This document shows, one piece after another, positions 1 to 14,104 of a DNA stretch of 64,000 bases; positions within the stretch are counted from its first letter, which is position 1; the number at the start of each line of letters is the position of its first letter. Below the pieces are notes generated by a model. It saw nothing but the letters and a program-made list of their open reading frames with translations. It did no database searches and was not told the DNA's origin. This DNA is from Octopus sinensis (lineage: Eukaryota). Position numbers and translations under genes: made by a program. The stretch lies in NCBI RefSeq assembly GCF_006345805.1, contig NC_043002.1, forward strand, positions 33,356,001-33,420,000, in the 5' to 3' direction.

Positions 1-1631
1 ACGATATACGATGAGTGTATGTGTGCAACAATATATCACAGTGCCAGATATAACTGTATAACAATAGGCAACCAAACAAGAGTTGGTTATCTTATTATAA
101 CTGTTCGCACAATAACGCCCCAACACAGAATCAATAACGAGACTAACGCTCTCACTGTTTGACCTCAACTGTCTACTGGCCCATCTACTTATAAGACTCG
201 TCCAGTCCACTGACAATCACGTGCGGGGGTGTCAATTCACTCCACAACAGTTACACATACATGGAGGATATCTGCAGCAAAAAACATGCACAGATGTCAA
301 CTGATTACTCCATGAATCTCGCATCATATGACCAAATTATACGAGGATCCTTAAAAAAGATCACCGACATTTCGTTGCAAAATATAACTTGACGATCAAA
401 TTTGTCTTCATTTAATCTATGCGTACGAGTCTGAGAATGAAGAGACTCCGTTTCAAGACTTTAAAATGCAGTGATGATGTCTAGCTGATTTTCAATTGAG
501 GCGAACAATACTTAAGAGAAATCAGAGGATAGTGGTCATAATTTTGAGTGATAATCTGCGCCTTAACTTCTATCCTTATCAACACTGATAAATCTATCAT
601 TGCTTGAGTCTGTACTCTCCCACATACAGTATAACTTCCGTAATCCTAGCTAGTTATTTCACCATTGAACTCTTTCTTCAATTGTCGCTGAAATGAAAGT
701 GACGATTGAAGAAGATATTTCTACTGAAAAAACCGCATGTCTTCTATAGCGCTGTGACGTAACTGATTCATATATCTGAAGCAAAAATAGATGTATATAC
801 TTTTCATTTATATTGTGTTATTATTTGAACGTAGATTTGGCTGTTAGCAATAATTGCTTTACAAAAATACCGTATAGCAAATTATGAAAGAAAAATCACA
901 CACACACACATTCTTGGTCTCTTTCTCTCCCCCACTCACTCATAAGTATGTGTGTGTATGTATGTGTGTGTGGTGTGTGTGTGTGTTTATGTTAGATTTG
1001 TTAAGTGATAAATAACAACATTTATGAAATGAATATATACAGTGGTAGTAAAGTCAAATTTATTTTGTGTGTGCGCGTACATGTGCGTGTGCGTGTGTGT
1101 GTATATGTGCGTGTATGAAAACGTGCATGTGTGTGTATGTGTGTGTTTGAATGTATGAGTGTGCATATGTGTACATAAATGAACCCACGATGGCGGTCGT
1201 TTCATATTTTCTCTTAATTCTTTTACACTTTCTTTGAAACAGTAATATTTTTAGCTCCATCGACGTTTCAAGAGATTCCTGCTTTTATCGCCTGGGAACA
1301 CGCACACAAGCACACACACACACATACAAACATATGTGTGCGAGCGTACACATAGGTATTTATAAATAGATTATCTCAATTATCGTGTCTGTTCTGGAGA
1401 ATCCTTTGCTATTCTAAGAACATAAGTAAATATCTCGCCACCGAAATGATAGCATTATAAACACTAAATTGACACCAAAAACAAAAACAAAAAATGAATA
1501 AAACAACAAGACCCCAGAGGAAAATTCGAACCATACATCTTTTGCATTGAACTACACACTTATTGGTATAGTGATTGTTCTACAAATCACCTGCCACGAT
1601 TTCTTTTTAAATTAACGCTATAAACTACGTC

Positions 1632-2001
1632 TGTGGAGGCGCAATGGCCCAGTGGTTAGGGCAGCGGACTCGCGGTCATAGGATCGCGGTTTCGATTCCC
1701 AGACCGGGCGTTGTGAGTGTTTATTGAGCGAAAACACCTAAAGCTCCACGAGGCTCCGGCAGTGGATGGTGGTGATCCCTGCTGTACTCTTTCACCACAA
1801 CTTTCTCTTACTTCCTGTTTCTGTTGTACCTGTATTTTCAAAGGGCCGGCCTTGTCACTCTCTGTGTCACGCTGAATATCCCCGAGAACTACGTTAAGGG
1901 TGCACGTGTCTGTGGAGTGCTCAGCCACGAGCAGGCTGTTCCGTTGATTCGGATCAACCGGAACCCTCATCGTCGTAACCGACGGAGTGCTTCTTCTTCT
2001 T
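1632..2001 (+). mobile_element. tRNA-derived SINE, family A, with 14-bp TSD
   Basis: A-box TGGCCCAGTGG (~1645) and B-box GTTTCGATTCC (~1689); (CTT)n tail; CTATAAACTACGTC at 1618-1631 and 2002-2015; second copy at 41780-42168. Confidence 0.92.
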
Positions 2002-2309
2002 CTATAAACTACGTCAGTTGTTATATTTGTACTCTTTTATCTGTCAATTTGTTAGCCATATGGTATTAAGAGGATAAACTATTTTACTAATAATATCAAA
2101 CATCAGGGACGTTGCTGTTACTGCTGTCGCTGTGCTGTTGCTGCTGCTGTTAATTATACCGCTCCAATGCGCTCCCCGCTGCTGCAGCCCTCGCTACCGC
2201 TGTTCCCGATTCTTCTGCCCCCACTGTCGCTGCTGCTGCGCACACATATATCTTAGACCAAATCCTGAGAGTCACTTGGCTGATTGGCTTATAGTCACAC
2301 ATAGATACG

Positions 2310-2499
2310 TATTTCTTTATTACCCACAAGGGGCTAACACAGAGGGGACCCCACTGCGTAACTGGTACTTAATTTATCGACCCCGAAAGGATGAAAGGCA
2401 AAGTCGAACTCGGCGGAATTTGAACTCACAACGTAACGCAGACGAAATACCGCTAAGCATTTCGCCCGGCGTGCTAACGTTTCTGCCAGCTCGCCGCCT
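2310..2499 (-). mobile_element. tRNA-derived SINE, family C, internally deleted, 18-bp TSD
   Basis: Reverse complement of the 57738-57970 copy; TAGTCACACATAGATACG at 2292-2309 and 2500-2517. Confidence 0.92.
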
Positions 2500-2869
2500 T
2501 AGTCACACATAGATACGCTGTAGTATCCGGCCCAATGATGTGCTTTTTACCCTCTTTGCCTTTTCTGTTGTTACTTAAGTGTTTTCTGCTCCAGGAGCTT
2601 GTTGGACTCATGCCACCTTCACACATGTGGTGGCTTGGTGAGGCCGAGTAAAGATATATTGGCAAAGGTGATTGCATAAAGATAACTGGGAAAAGGTGTA
2701 TGGCTAAAGATAGCTTGGTAAAGGTGACTGAGTAAAGATGTGTTGGGTGTAGTACTATATTACTATGTTCTAACTGAAATGATTAAAAAAGAGTAACGTT
2801 TAAATAGTAGAAACGAATTGTAGAGTCAAGATTGGAATGACGAATCATGCCAATAGCAGTGTAGCTTTA

Positions 2870-3272
2870 GTACTGATTTAAAATTGTGGCACAAGACCAG
2901 CAATTTTCTGAGAAGAGATAATCGATTAATCGACCCAAGTAGTCAACTGGTACCTATTTTATCGACCTCGAAAGGATGAAAAGCAAAGTCAACTTCGGCG
3001 GAACTTGGACCCAGAACATGAAGACGGACAAAATGCCGCTAAATATTTTGCCCGGCTTGCTAACGATTCTTATTTCTTTATTGCCCACAAGGGGCTAAAC
3101 ATAGAGGGGACAAACAAGAACAGACAAAGAAAATAAGACGATTACATCGACCCCAGTGCGTAACTGGTATTTAATTTATCGACCCTGAAAGGATGAAAGG
3201 CAAAGTCGACCTCGGCGGAATTTGAACTCAGAACGTAGCGGCTTGCTAACGATTCTGCCAGCTTGTCGTCTT
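2870..3272 (-). mobile_element. Older family-C SINE with a nested 5'-truncated younger family-C copy (3071-3238)
   Basis: Two copies of core ATCGACCYYGAAAGGATGAAARGCAAAGTC; CGGCTTGCTAACGATTCT duplicated at 3053-3070 and 3239-3256 around the inner copy. Confidence 0.85.
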
Positions 3273-3389
3273 CAAGTGTAGCCCTAATATTAGCGGTATT
3301 GTGATTGAGTCTATCTATGTTGCCGTTAAAGTTTCTATTCAGGCACAACCGTAGGTTGTAATAGGCCTTAGTGTTATAACAGTACAAAA

Positions 3390-4300
3390 AGAGTTATGAT
3401 AGTGTGTACAGGCTAGTGATGTGTCTACAACAATGTGATCGTGTCTACACTAATGTCATAGAGTTTATAATGTGTAACAGCTTCTATATCAGTTGTTCTC
3501 AACTGGGATCCACATGGGTCTTGAAGTCCACATAAACTTTTGCTCTTAAAATTCATGTCCTATAGACTGTTATATTCCTATAATGCACAAAATATTTTAA
3601 CAATCTTGTTTTATATAATTCCTAATAACATTTAATCATAAAAATATAATCGGATTTTTTAAAAATTGAACGTTTCTTAGGGCTCAATAGAGTAAAATAG
3701 GAACCAAAAGCTTCCATAGGGCAAAGCGGTTGAAAACCTCTGATCTATATGATTGTGTATTATTCTGCCTATATTATAGTGTCTAGGGTGATATGATAGT
3801 AGCTACAAATATATGATTGATCAAATCATAACTATAGTAATGTACGAGTGTCTACGGAGATGCAGTCGTGTCTGCTGTGAGATTATAGTGCTTACAGTTA
3901 TACTGTAGTCTCTATAATACTGTAATAGTGTCTACAGAGGTGCGGTAGTGCCTATACGGCTATGATAGTATCTATCGTTGTGTTGTAGCGTGTATAGTGA
4001 TGTGACAGTGCCCATAGTATTGTTGACTATAGTAATGTGATAGTGTGCATGTGCTATGTGATAGCGTCTAGAATGGTATGACAGTGTCGGTAGTAATATA
4101 CTAATAACCGTAGTAATGTAGTAGTCTCATCAGTTGTATGATACTGTGTATGGTGTTGTAATTGTGTTGATAGTAGTATATTAGTGTATACAATAGTGTA
4201 TTAGTAACTACAGCAGTGTTGTAAAAGTGACTACGGCAGCGTATTAGTATCGATAGTAGTGTGGTAAGGTCTACAATGCTGTATTAGCGATTACAGAATG
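3390..4300. repeat. Degenerate ~20-bp minisatellite (approx. TGATAGTGTCTACAGTGATG), interrupted by a hAT MITE
   Basis: Recurring GTGTCTAC / GTGATAGT motifs at ~20-bp spacing on both sides of 3490-3742. Confidence 0.7.
3490..3742. mobile_element. hAT (Charlie/Buster-like) MITE
   Basis: TIRs CAGTTGTTCTCAAC ... GTTGAAAACCTCTG; 8-bp TSD TTCTATAT / ATCTATAT (7/8 match). Confidence 0.82.
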
Positions 4301-4509
4301 ATTTAGTCGTGAATCAGTAAACGAGGGGGGAGGGATGTTGAAATACTGTGGGATAACGGCAATATTGAATCCTTCCACCGCATCAGTTCAGAGATGAATT
4401 TGAATTTTTTTAAACTAATGAAGAGACGAAAGATAATAGAATAAAAAAAAAAAAAAAAAAAAACAAACAAAAACAAAGAATATCTTAAATCGATGAATGG
4501 AAATGTGTT

Positions 4510-5450
<941 letters not shown>

Positions 5451-5724
5451 GTGTCTGTATCCACTATCACTGCTTGACAATGGTGTTGGTGTGTTTACAT
5501 TCCCCCAAAGTTGCGTTTCGGCAAAAGATAGTAATGGAATAAGAACCAGGCTTCAAAACAATGATAAGTTATGGGGTCGATTCGTTCGACTAAAATTCTT
5601 CAAGGCACTGCCCCATTCTGGCCGCAGTCTTGTGACAAAAGCAAGAAAAAAGATGGAAGCAAAATGCATACATATACATACATACATGCAAAATACATAC
5701 ATACATACATACATGCATACATAC

Positions 5725-5768
<44 letters not shown>

Positions 5769-5790
5769 TATATAATAATATATATATATA

Positions 5791-6160
5791 GGCACAGTTG
5801 TGGCTGTGTGGTAATTAGCTTGCTTACCAACCTCATGGCTCCGGGTTCAGTCCCACTGCGTGGCATCTTGGGCATCTTTGTGAGTGGATTTGGTAGACGA
5901 AAACTGAAAGAAGCCCATTGTATATATATATGTGTGCTTGTGTGCTTGTCTTTGTCCCCCCCCCCCACCCAACATCGCTTGACAACATATGTTGGTGTGT
6001 TTACGTCTCTGTAAGATAGCGGTTCGACGAAAAGAGACTGATAGAATAAGTACTAGGCTTACAAAGAACAAGTCCTGGGGTCGATTTGTTCGACTAAAAC
6101 ACAGTGCTCCAGCATGGCCGCAGTTAGATGACTGAAACAAATAACAGAATTAAAGAAAAG
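5791..6160 (+). mobile_element. tRNA-derived SINE, family B (internal TA/TG microsatellite)
   Basis: A-box TGGCTGTGTGG, B-box GGTTCAGTCCC; body AAACTGAAAGAAGCCC-(TA/TG)n-...GATAGAATAAGTACTAGGC...CAGCATGGCCGCAGT; many copies in window. Confidence 0.9.
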
Positions 6161-6577
6161 AATGTATATATATATATATATGCACGCACCCCCACACACA
6201 CACTTATATATATGCATGACCCAAGAAATTTATAAGTTTGCTTCGTAACGTATGTCATCTTAGGAAAATGAATGTCAACTTAGGAAAATGCCTTTCATAA
6301 AATATCGAGTGAATTGAAGTGTTATTAGTGAAATTTGACTACACTGGAAATGCGAGGAAGTCCATCGGGATGGTTCTACGTGTAATATAAAGATAGAGCT
6401 TTGCTTCATAGTCAGACCATTTCTACATGAGAATTACGTGGATACTGATATTTTCGGAATACTCCGTCACTTAGGCAGTAATTCAAAGAGTGGGCAATTC
6501 AGTTGATCAATAAGCTGACAGAACGCGTTGAAAACGACGGAGATCTATTCGCATTATATTATGTTAATGTACTGATA

Positions 6578-6631
<54 letters not shown>

Positions 6632-6654
6632 TGTGTGTGTGGTGTGTATGTATG

Positions 6655-6738
<84 letters not shown>

Positions 6739-6789
6739 CAGACAGATAGGTTGATGGATAGATGTGCAATGTTAATCTAGATACGTTAT

Positions 6790-6958
6790 CTTTCTCTCCG
6801 TTGTTTTCATTTCTCCATTTGTTTTCTCTCCCCATTCCCTTCTGCAGAAGAGCGTAGGCTCGAAACGTCAGAGAATTCCATTTTACCTGAGCGTCAAACT
6901 AATAAACGTTGTTTGTTGTTCCCCTGCTTGTCTTTGTCATTTTTATGTACACTTTTGA
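6790..6958 (+). mobile_element. Short repeat with hammerhead-like motif (same family as 60420-60643)
   Basis: CTGCAGA-AGAGC-GTAG-GCTC-GAAA-CGTC at 6842-6869; downstream CCTGAGCGT...CTAATA...TGTTTGTT shared with the 60.5-kb copy. Confidence 0.65.
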
Positions 6959-7025
6959 ACCACACAAACACAGACACACACAAACATACACATACACAAA
7001 ACACACACACATATGTATATGTATA

Positions 7026-7300
7026 TATTGTTGTGTTCGGGGAGAGTCATTCTCTTTTTGTGCTTTATTATTTAACACACTCACCGGTTCAAATTCCATT
7101 CATTTACTTCTTTGGTTTTTCTAAAATTTTGTTTCTGTCTTGCAACCTTTTTAATAGTCAATAATTATTGAAAAGGTTGCAAGCCGCGACAAAAATTTTA
7201 GAAAAAAAGTAAATAAGTAAATGAGTGGAAATTGAACCGGTCGGTCTGTCAAATAATAAGGCACAAAAAGAGAATGACTCTCCCCAGATACAACAAAATA
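7026..7300. repeat. ~275-bp imperfect palindrome (fold-back element) between microsatellites
   Basis: GGGGAGAGTCATTCTCTTTTTGTGC...TTGCAACCTTTT mirrored by AAAAGGTTGCAA...GCACAAAAAGAGAATGACTCTCCCC. Confidence 0.85.
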
Positions 7301-7335
7301 TGCCTCCACACAAACTTAGATAAAATCCAAAAGCG

Positions 7336-7381
<46 letters not shown>

Positions 7382-7424
7382 TACTTACAATTGACGGATA
7401 TTTGTCCTCATCTTGTTTGTTGTT

Positions 7425-7470
7425 AACACAACGTTTCGTCTGATATACCCTCCAGCCTTCATCAGGTGTC
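7425..7470 (-). ncRNA. Minimal type I hammerhead ribozyme motif (Penelope-type) within repeat 7380-7520
   Basis: Minus strand GACAC-CTGATGA-AGGCTG-loop-CAGAC-GAAA-CGTT-GTGTT; one stem II mismatch; same family as 46474-46519. Confidence 0.7.
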
Positions 7471-7882
7471 TTGGGGAAATTTCAAACCTGGGTTCTCATT
7501 CCTAAGGTATTTTTCGATGTTGGTGTTATTATTATTATTGAGTTAGAGAGCAGTGCATGCCATCAAAGTGACATTGGGGTAAAATATACGAAGCCCTTGA
7601 TTCAATAGCACTGTGTACATGTTCTAAAATCTTCACAGCCTTGGTTTTTATCTCATTCTGAAAAAAAAAAAATTATATATACACATGCTGATATATGACC
7701 TACGTTGGACTCATTATTCGCATAATCACCGAACGTGGAGCTTAACTATGGTCTATCCATAGCACTTACTCAGCATTACCTGACACCTTTGGGTCTTACT
7801 GACACCATCACTTATAACCTATATATATATGTACATATATGTATATATATTATGTGTATATATATATATATATAGTATGTGT

Positions 7883-7934
<52 letters not shown>

Positions 7935-7974
7935 ATATATATATATATAATATATATATACGTATATATATATA

Positions 7975-8181
7975 TATAACGAGATTTTTTCAGTTTCCGT
8001 CTATCGAATCCGCTCATAAGGTTCTGGGATGATAGTAAGAAGACATTTCTCCAAGGTAGCACGCAGTAGGACTGAGCCTAGTGCACTATGAATGGAAAAC
8101 AAACTTCTTACCACATGGCCACACCACGCCTTGTTAATGACGAAGGGACAAACACACACATATATGTGTGTGTGTATGTTT

Positions 8182-8277
<96 letters not shown>

Positions 8278-8436
8278 ACGGGCTTCTTTCAGTTTCGTCT
8301 ACCATATCCCCTCGCAAGGCATTGGTCGGCCCGAGGATATAGTAGAAGACACTTGCTCAAGGTGCCACGCAGTGGGACTGAACCCGGAAACACGTGGGTG
8401 GGAAGCATGCTTTTTACCCCACAGCCACGCTTGCGT
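7975..8436 (-). mobile_element. Two 5' halves of family-B SINEs (7975-8130, 8277-8436) separated by (TA)n
   Basis: TTTCAGTTTC...CAAGGTGCCACGCAGTGGGACTGAACC motifs on the reverse strand. Confidence 0.8.
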
Positions 8437-9146
8437 CTATATATGTATGATTGCATCAGAAATGTATTTGTGTATGTATATGTGAACGAATGTGTACTTG
8501 TATGATTGCGTACGTGAATGAACGTATGTGTATATATATATGTGTGTGCGTTCATATGTATACCTGTGTTCATGATTGTATGTATGCATGTAGGAATACG
8601 TGAGATATCTGGAAAGGGAAAGTTGAATTCTCAAATAAAAAGCTTGCAGGTTTTAGCACTTAGTTGTGGAACAGAAAAGAAATTTCAATAAAAATAAAAT
8701 GAAGAGACGAGGGGTTTCACCTGTGGATAATCACTCAGATTTATGTAATGAACAGCGGAAGTTAAGCGTGCGCATGGCAGAACAATATGGTGAGGAGAAA
8801 GAGAGAGAGAGACGTGTAAAATAAGTATGCATGAGTGCGCGCGCGCGAGTGCATAAATGAGTGGGTATATATATTCGTTGCTCCAGGTGAAGAGAGAGAA
8901 TGAGATGCAAGAGTAAAGTCAATGTATAAGCGAGAAAGAGAAGTCAGTGAAAGTGAGTAAAAATAACTGAAGGGCAGAGGGAATCGGGAAAAATGTCGAG
9001 AGAGTGAGACGAAGAGATAACGAGAGAAAGAGAGAAGGAAAAGAGAATGAAGGAGAAGGAGAGATAAAATAATATTCAAAAAGTGAGAGAAAATTAATAA
9101 ATGGGAGACAAATGAGAAAATAAAAATAGAAATTATGAAAACCGAT

Positions 9147-9244
<98 letters not shown>

Positions 9245-9354
9245 TGTCTCAGTCAATTAGAACTTTACAATAAATTTGCTTCTACAATCATTGTTGAAAC
9301 ATTTTATTAGTAAAGCATATTGCTTCGTTACTCACGTTTTATTTCTCTCTCTCC

Positions 9355-10396
9355 CCCTGAGAGATTCCGATGATGGGCAAAATATTGCACAATGTGAGGC
9401 CTCAGCACTTGGTCGATGTAGCGAGCAGCGGTTGCTCCATTGCCCCGGCCATGGCCGATGTTTTGGAAGACCACTGGTTCACGTTTCTGGTTGAGTGCAA
9501 TCCCGCTCTATACCATGATGCTCTATCCTCCTCAAAAGTCTCTCTACCACACAGCCATCGGCATGGCGTTCACTCCTTCTTCTCCAAACCCAAGCTCTGC
9601 CATCTACCACAGAAATGCAATATCGACTTTCTTCAGAGAGGACTACAGTCCTCCACTGTTAATATCACCAGTTCTTATGTTTTTGATCCCACTGCAGACG
9701 TTCCCGTCGATGGCGATCTGTGAGTATGTGGCCCATAACCGGACTTCGACAAGACATATTGAAAGATCTCAGCCAGCAGCGAACTGTCACTGCAAAAATG
9801 AATATGTAGTGACTCCCTATGATCTGTCTAGCTGATTCCTTTGCCCTCCGGAATCGGTCCTGCAAGTGCTGTCGGGGCAGGTGGCGATCTTGACGTGGCG
9901 TTGTAACCCTCGGTCGGCCACTGCATGGACGATCATCTGTGCTGTTTATGGCATTGTATCGATCCCTCAGCCGCTCAATTGTTCGAATACTGCAGTTCAA
10001 GTCATTAGCAATGACCGATGGACGTTGACCAGCATGGAGACATCCGATGATTTTCTCCCTCAGATGTCGTGTCAGTCTTGGCATGCTTGCTGCGTTCGAG
10101 AAACGAATGACAGGCTGGTAAATATGGGGGCCTACTATACTCAATGAGTTAACGTTTTGATCCTGCATCATGCTTTTCATTAAGATGCATTCGCAAGCAT
10201 TACCATGTTCACGAAAAGTGAGCGGGTTCGAAACCTACATGCAATCCTTGAATTTTCAAAAGAGAGTCGTGTTGTGGGCCAGTGATATCTTCTTGATGTC
10301 AAACTACCTAGAAATGTGATAACATTAATATAATCTCAATATCGTGCATGATACAAATACACTTTAACAGTGCAACGTTTTTTTTGTTGTTCAGTA
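9355..10396 (-). mobile_element. Tc1-family DNA transposon, 3'-truncated, decayed transposase (ATG at 10085)
   Basis: MPRLT...IANDLNCSIRTIERL...SGRPRVTTPRQDR...RRERLQW (paired-like HTH); decayed continuation LSEESRYC...DGRAWVWRR...YIDQVLRPHIV; one end TATACTGAACAACAAAAAAAACG; stops before the second catalytic D. Confidence 0.9.
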
Positions 10397-10398
10397 TA

Positions 10399-10429
<31 letters not shown>

Positions 10430-11679
10430 TAAAGTACAAATGAGGATATATAAACCTCAAAGGTGGTGTGTGTTTAACGCTCAGAAAAAGAGCTTAAGCT
10501 CGAAACATCAATGAAACTTCTATTTGCTTACATTTCATTACTCGTATGAGTAATAATAATTGCGCTTTCTTTTCAATTCATGTAAGTGTAAAACTGATTT
10601 TGTGTACTTGTGTGTGTGTGTGTGCGTGTGGTGTGTGTGTGTGTGTGTGGTTTGTGTTTGTGTGTGTGTGTGTGTGTGTGTTTGCTTGTCAGTGAGTGTG
10701 TGTTTTGTGTCTGTGTGTGCGTAAGAGAAACTGTGAAAGAGAAAGACAGACAGACAGATAGATAGAGAAACATTGATTCATCTGCCATTACTTAACGATA
10801 ATAGTACACAGCCACCACTGAATGGCCCCCTTTCCTCTGTTACAATCATCGTCGAAAACACCGGAGGTTCCATACAGTTATGTGTGTATAGAAGTATGTT
10901 TGCGTGTGTTTGTGATGTGTATGTCTGTGTATGCGTGCGTGTGCGTTTGTACGTATGCACGGGAATATTTGGCTGCAGAAACGTAGGAATAGAAACTTCT
11001 ATCCTGTGTATGTATGTAGGTTCGGGTATCAGTGTGTGTACGTGTGTGTTTTTGTGTAGGAATGTAAATGTATAGAGTTGTTGCTTAGTCCCAATTTAAC
11101 CCTAACCAATATCTATAGAGAAAAGCATTCCAGCCGTCACCACCCTCTTTACTTTCTCTGTAATGCAGTATGTCTTTGCTCTACTAAGAAAAAGAGGTGT
11201 ATTTCAAGTGATATTTTGCCATAATTTCTGTCAAATCGAACAAGCCTCACAGGGTTTCCTTTGTTAGTTCATGCGTGTATGCGTCGTTGTGTATAAATAA
11301 GTGGTATGTGTGTGTGTATGTGCGCACACGTCTTTATATGCCTTTGTGTGTGTGTGTGTGTTCGTATACTGCTGTTTACGTGTGTGCCTGAATGTGTTTC
11401 TGTATGTATCTGTATATCTCCGTGTATGAGTGTCTCTCACTAAAAGCGAAAGTGAAAGTGTCTCTCTGTGTGCGCATGACATAGGTTTATGCGTGCAAAC
11501 AAGTTTTCAATAGCTATGCTGGCATCTGTACTATTAGCAGTCATTTATCTATTCATTCATAAATCTCGATATTGGTTTCTAAATAAATATTGCATCAAAA
11601 AAGGAACATTAAAATTCTAAAGAACAGAAACAGATGCCAAATATATAAAAAGAAAAACTGAAGGGTAATAACGTATGTC

Positions 11680-11984
11680 ATTTGTGTGTGTGTGCGTGTG
11701 CATGCATAAAACTATGTACATGTGTATGTATACATATGTACGTATGTGTTCGAGTATGTGCATTAATAAATTATAACTGCATATATATCATATATAGTTA
11801 TTACTATATATATGCATATATATATATATATATATGTATTATATATATATATATATGTATGTATGTATGTATATGCATATGTACATATGTATATATTTAT
11901 ATATATACATTATACATATTTATATTTATATATGTATATATATATATATATATTATATATATGTACATATTTATATGTATATAC

Positions 11985-12039
<55 letters not shown>

Positions 12040-12545
12040 TATACGTATATATATGATATATTATATATATATATATATATGAATATACGTATATAGATAT
12101 ATGTGTGTGTGTGTGTGTCTGTATGTCTGTGTGTACGTTCTTGCGTATGTGTGCTTATATATATATACGTATATATGTATAAATATATACCTAACTACTT
12201 TTCCTGTGTTATCCTTTTTAATGGTTATTGTGTTTATACTGTGTGTGGGTGTGCCTGGATGTGTGTGCGTGTTTGTAGGCGCATATATCCTGAGAACAAC
12301 CACTTGAAAGGAACGTGGTCAGGATATTTAGAAACAATGGAATTCAATGTGTGAAATCTGTTTGAAATATACTTATATTCACACATACATGTACATATAT
12401 ATACATATATATATATGCATATGTATACGGACAGACAGACAGATACATATACACTCACACACACATATATACATATATATATGTATATATATATATATAT
12501 ATACACACGTATATATATGTATTTATATATGTATGTATGTATGTA
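11680..12545. repeat. Large (TA)n/(TG)n low-complexity block
   Basis: Directly visible. Confidence 0.95.
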
Positions 12546-12581
12546 GACGGTAGAAAAGTAGCACACGAGTTAATATGTATA

Positions 12582-12945
12582 AGGAAAATAAGACAAAGTA
12601 GAAAGTGCTAAAATAATTTTATCATGTAGTACATTTTAGTACCGGTTTCCGTCTTTTAAACTTTTCAACTAAGAATGAAATAAAAACAAGTAAATTGAAG
12701 AAGAAAAATTAAGTGAAATGTTTTGCAGATATTTCCATAGTCTTTAAAAAGGTAACTAATTCTCTAGTCTTCAGATAGTCTGTCTCTCTCTCGAAAACAT
12801 TTCACTTAGTTTTTTTTTGTCCAATTTAATTGTTTTTTCTTATCATACTCTTAGTTGAAAAAGTCTAAAAGACGGAAACTGGTGCTAAATTGTACTTCAT
12901 AATAAAATTATTCTAGCAATTTTTTATAACTTGTCTTATTTTCCT
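12582..12945. mobile_element. Fold-back element with a variant hammerhead motif in each arm
   Basis: Arms 12582-12725 and ~12793-12945 are inverted; motifs at 12636-12672 (-) and 12851-12888 (+): TTAG-TTGAAAA-(A)GTYT-AAA-AGAC-G-GAAA-CCGG-TA-CTAA. Confidence 0.7.
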
Positions 12946-13350
12946 GATATATATATATATATATATATCTATATATATATATATATATATAATATATTAT
13001 AATACACTCGCAAAACTTTAGTGTGAACAAAAAGGAGAAAAGAGAGTATGCCGTACGGAAATCTGGTATAGTTAGTTCCTTCTTTGGCAGCTGAGAACTT
13101 CAAAGCTGTTATTCCGTGTATCAAAGCACCACTACATACATGAATGTATATTTTAAAAATTGCGTTTCCTTATGGACCGCTTTTAAGGATATCATCCGAT
13201 GAATTTCCTGATGACGTGATTATACTGAGGGTAGAACGAAAAATCTTTTGAAGATCTAGTTGACATAGAGTTCAGATTCGCTTATCAGCTTGTTCAACTC
13301 GTGAGTGGTTAGTAAATTTGGAAAACCCATTCAACTAAATTTTCATTACA

Positions 13351-13393
<43 letters not shown>

Positions 13394-13796
13394 GATTTGG
13401 TCATATGGATTAATTAGAATCAAGGCACGTCAACAGGTAGGACGCCAGCGATGGCTAGGTATGATAACATAGAGCTCACAGTGAGGTAAACAACATTGAG
13501 AGCATCAAGTGTTGGTAGGATACCGTAGATATGCAAATACTAAATCCAATTTAAGCCGTAGATCCGACTCAGGGTTTCATCCTTGGTGTGGCGTAAGTAC
13601 TAGAAATAAACACATATGGCCTTTCCAATTTACGACAGGTGTTTCGGTAACATTTTATTAAGGCATTGAAAATTTTACTTGATGATGGTGGATTATATAT
13701 CATGATGTAATCTTCTATGAATGCATCAATAAAATTCTACTGAAACAGCTGTCGAAATTTTAAATGTCATTTGTATATATATGTTGTATATATATA

Positions 13797-13842
<46 letters not shown>

Positions 13843-13884
13843 AAATATAGAATAATAAATGTAGTGTGTGTGTGTGTGTAAAGC

Positions 13885-14092
13885 AACGAGCGGGCCACAA
13901 TCGTTAGCACGCTAGGCAAAACGCATAGTGGCATGTCGTCCTTCTGTACGTTCTGTGTTCAAATTCTGCCGACTTCCACTTTAACTTTCATCCTATCGAG
14001 ATCAATAAAATAAGTACTGGTTGAGTACTGAGGTCGATATAATCGACTTAACCCTGCCCCCGTAATTTCTGGCCTGGTGCCAAAATTTGAAA
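13885..14092 (+). mobile_element. Family-C SINE, older subfamily with alternative 3' tail
   Basis: CGTTAGCACGC...GTTCAAATTC...TTTCATCC...ATAAGTACTGG; tail GGCCTGGTGCCAAAATTTGAAAC. Confidence 0.75.
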
Positions 14093-14104
14093 CTATATAT
14101 ATAT

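Noticed and set aside
1-249. Possible solo LTR end (…CTCCACAACA)
   Set aside because: Only a TG/CA terminus is visible and the other end is outside the window; no PBS, PPT or second copy.
1634-1705. tRNA gene-like sequences (also 5791, 23963, 42100, 57738)
   Set aside because: A/B boxes are present but they continue into SINE bodies with TSDs and lack a full cloverleaf.
2132-2512. Cys-rich ORF with signal-peptide-like start
   Set aside because: Made of a (CTG)n-like tract running into an antisense SINE; GTG start.
3390-4300. CRISPR-like periodicity
   Set aside because: Degenerate contiguous minisatellite with no unique spacers, no cas genes, eukaryotic context.
13205-13250. CTGATGA...CGAAA hammerhead-like string
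   Set aside because: Stems I and III cannot be formed convincingly.
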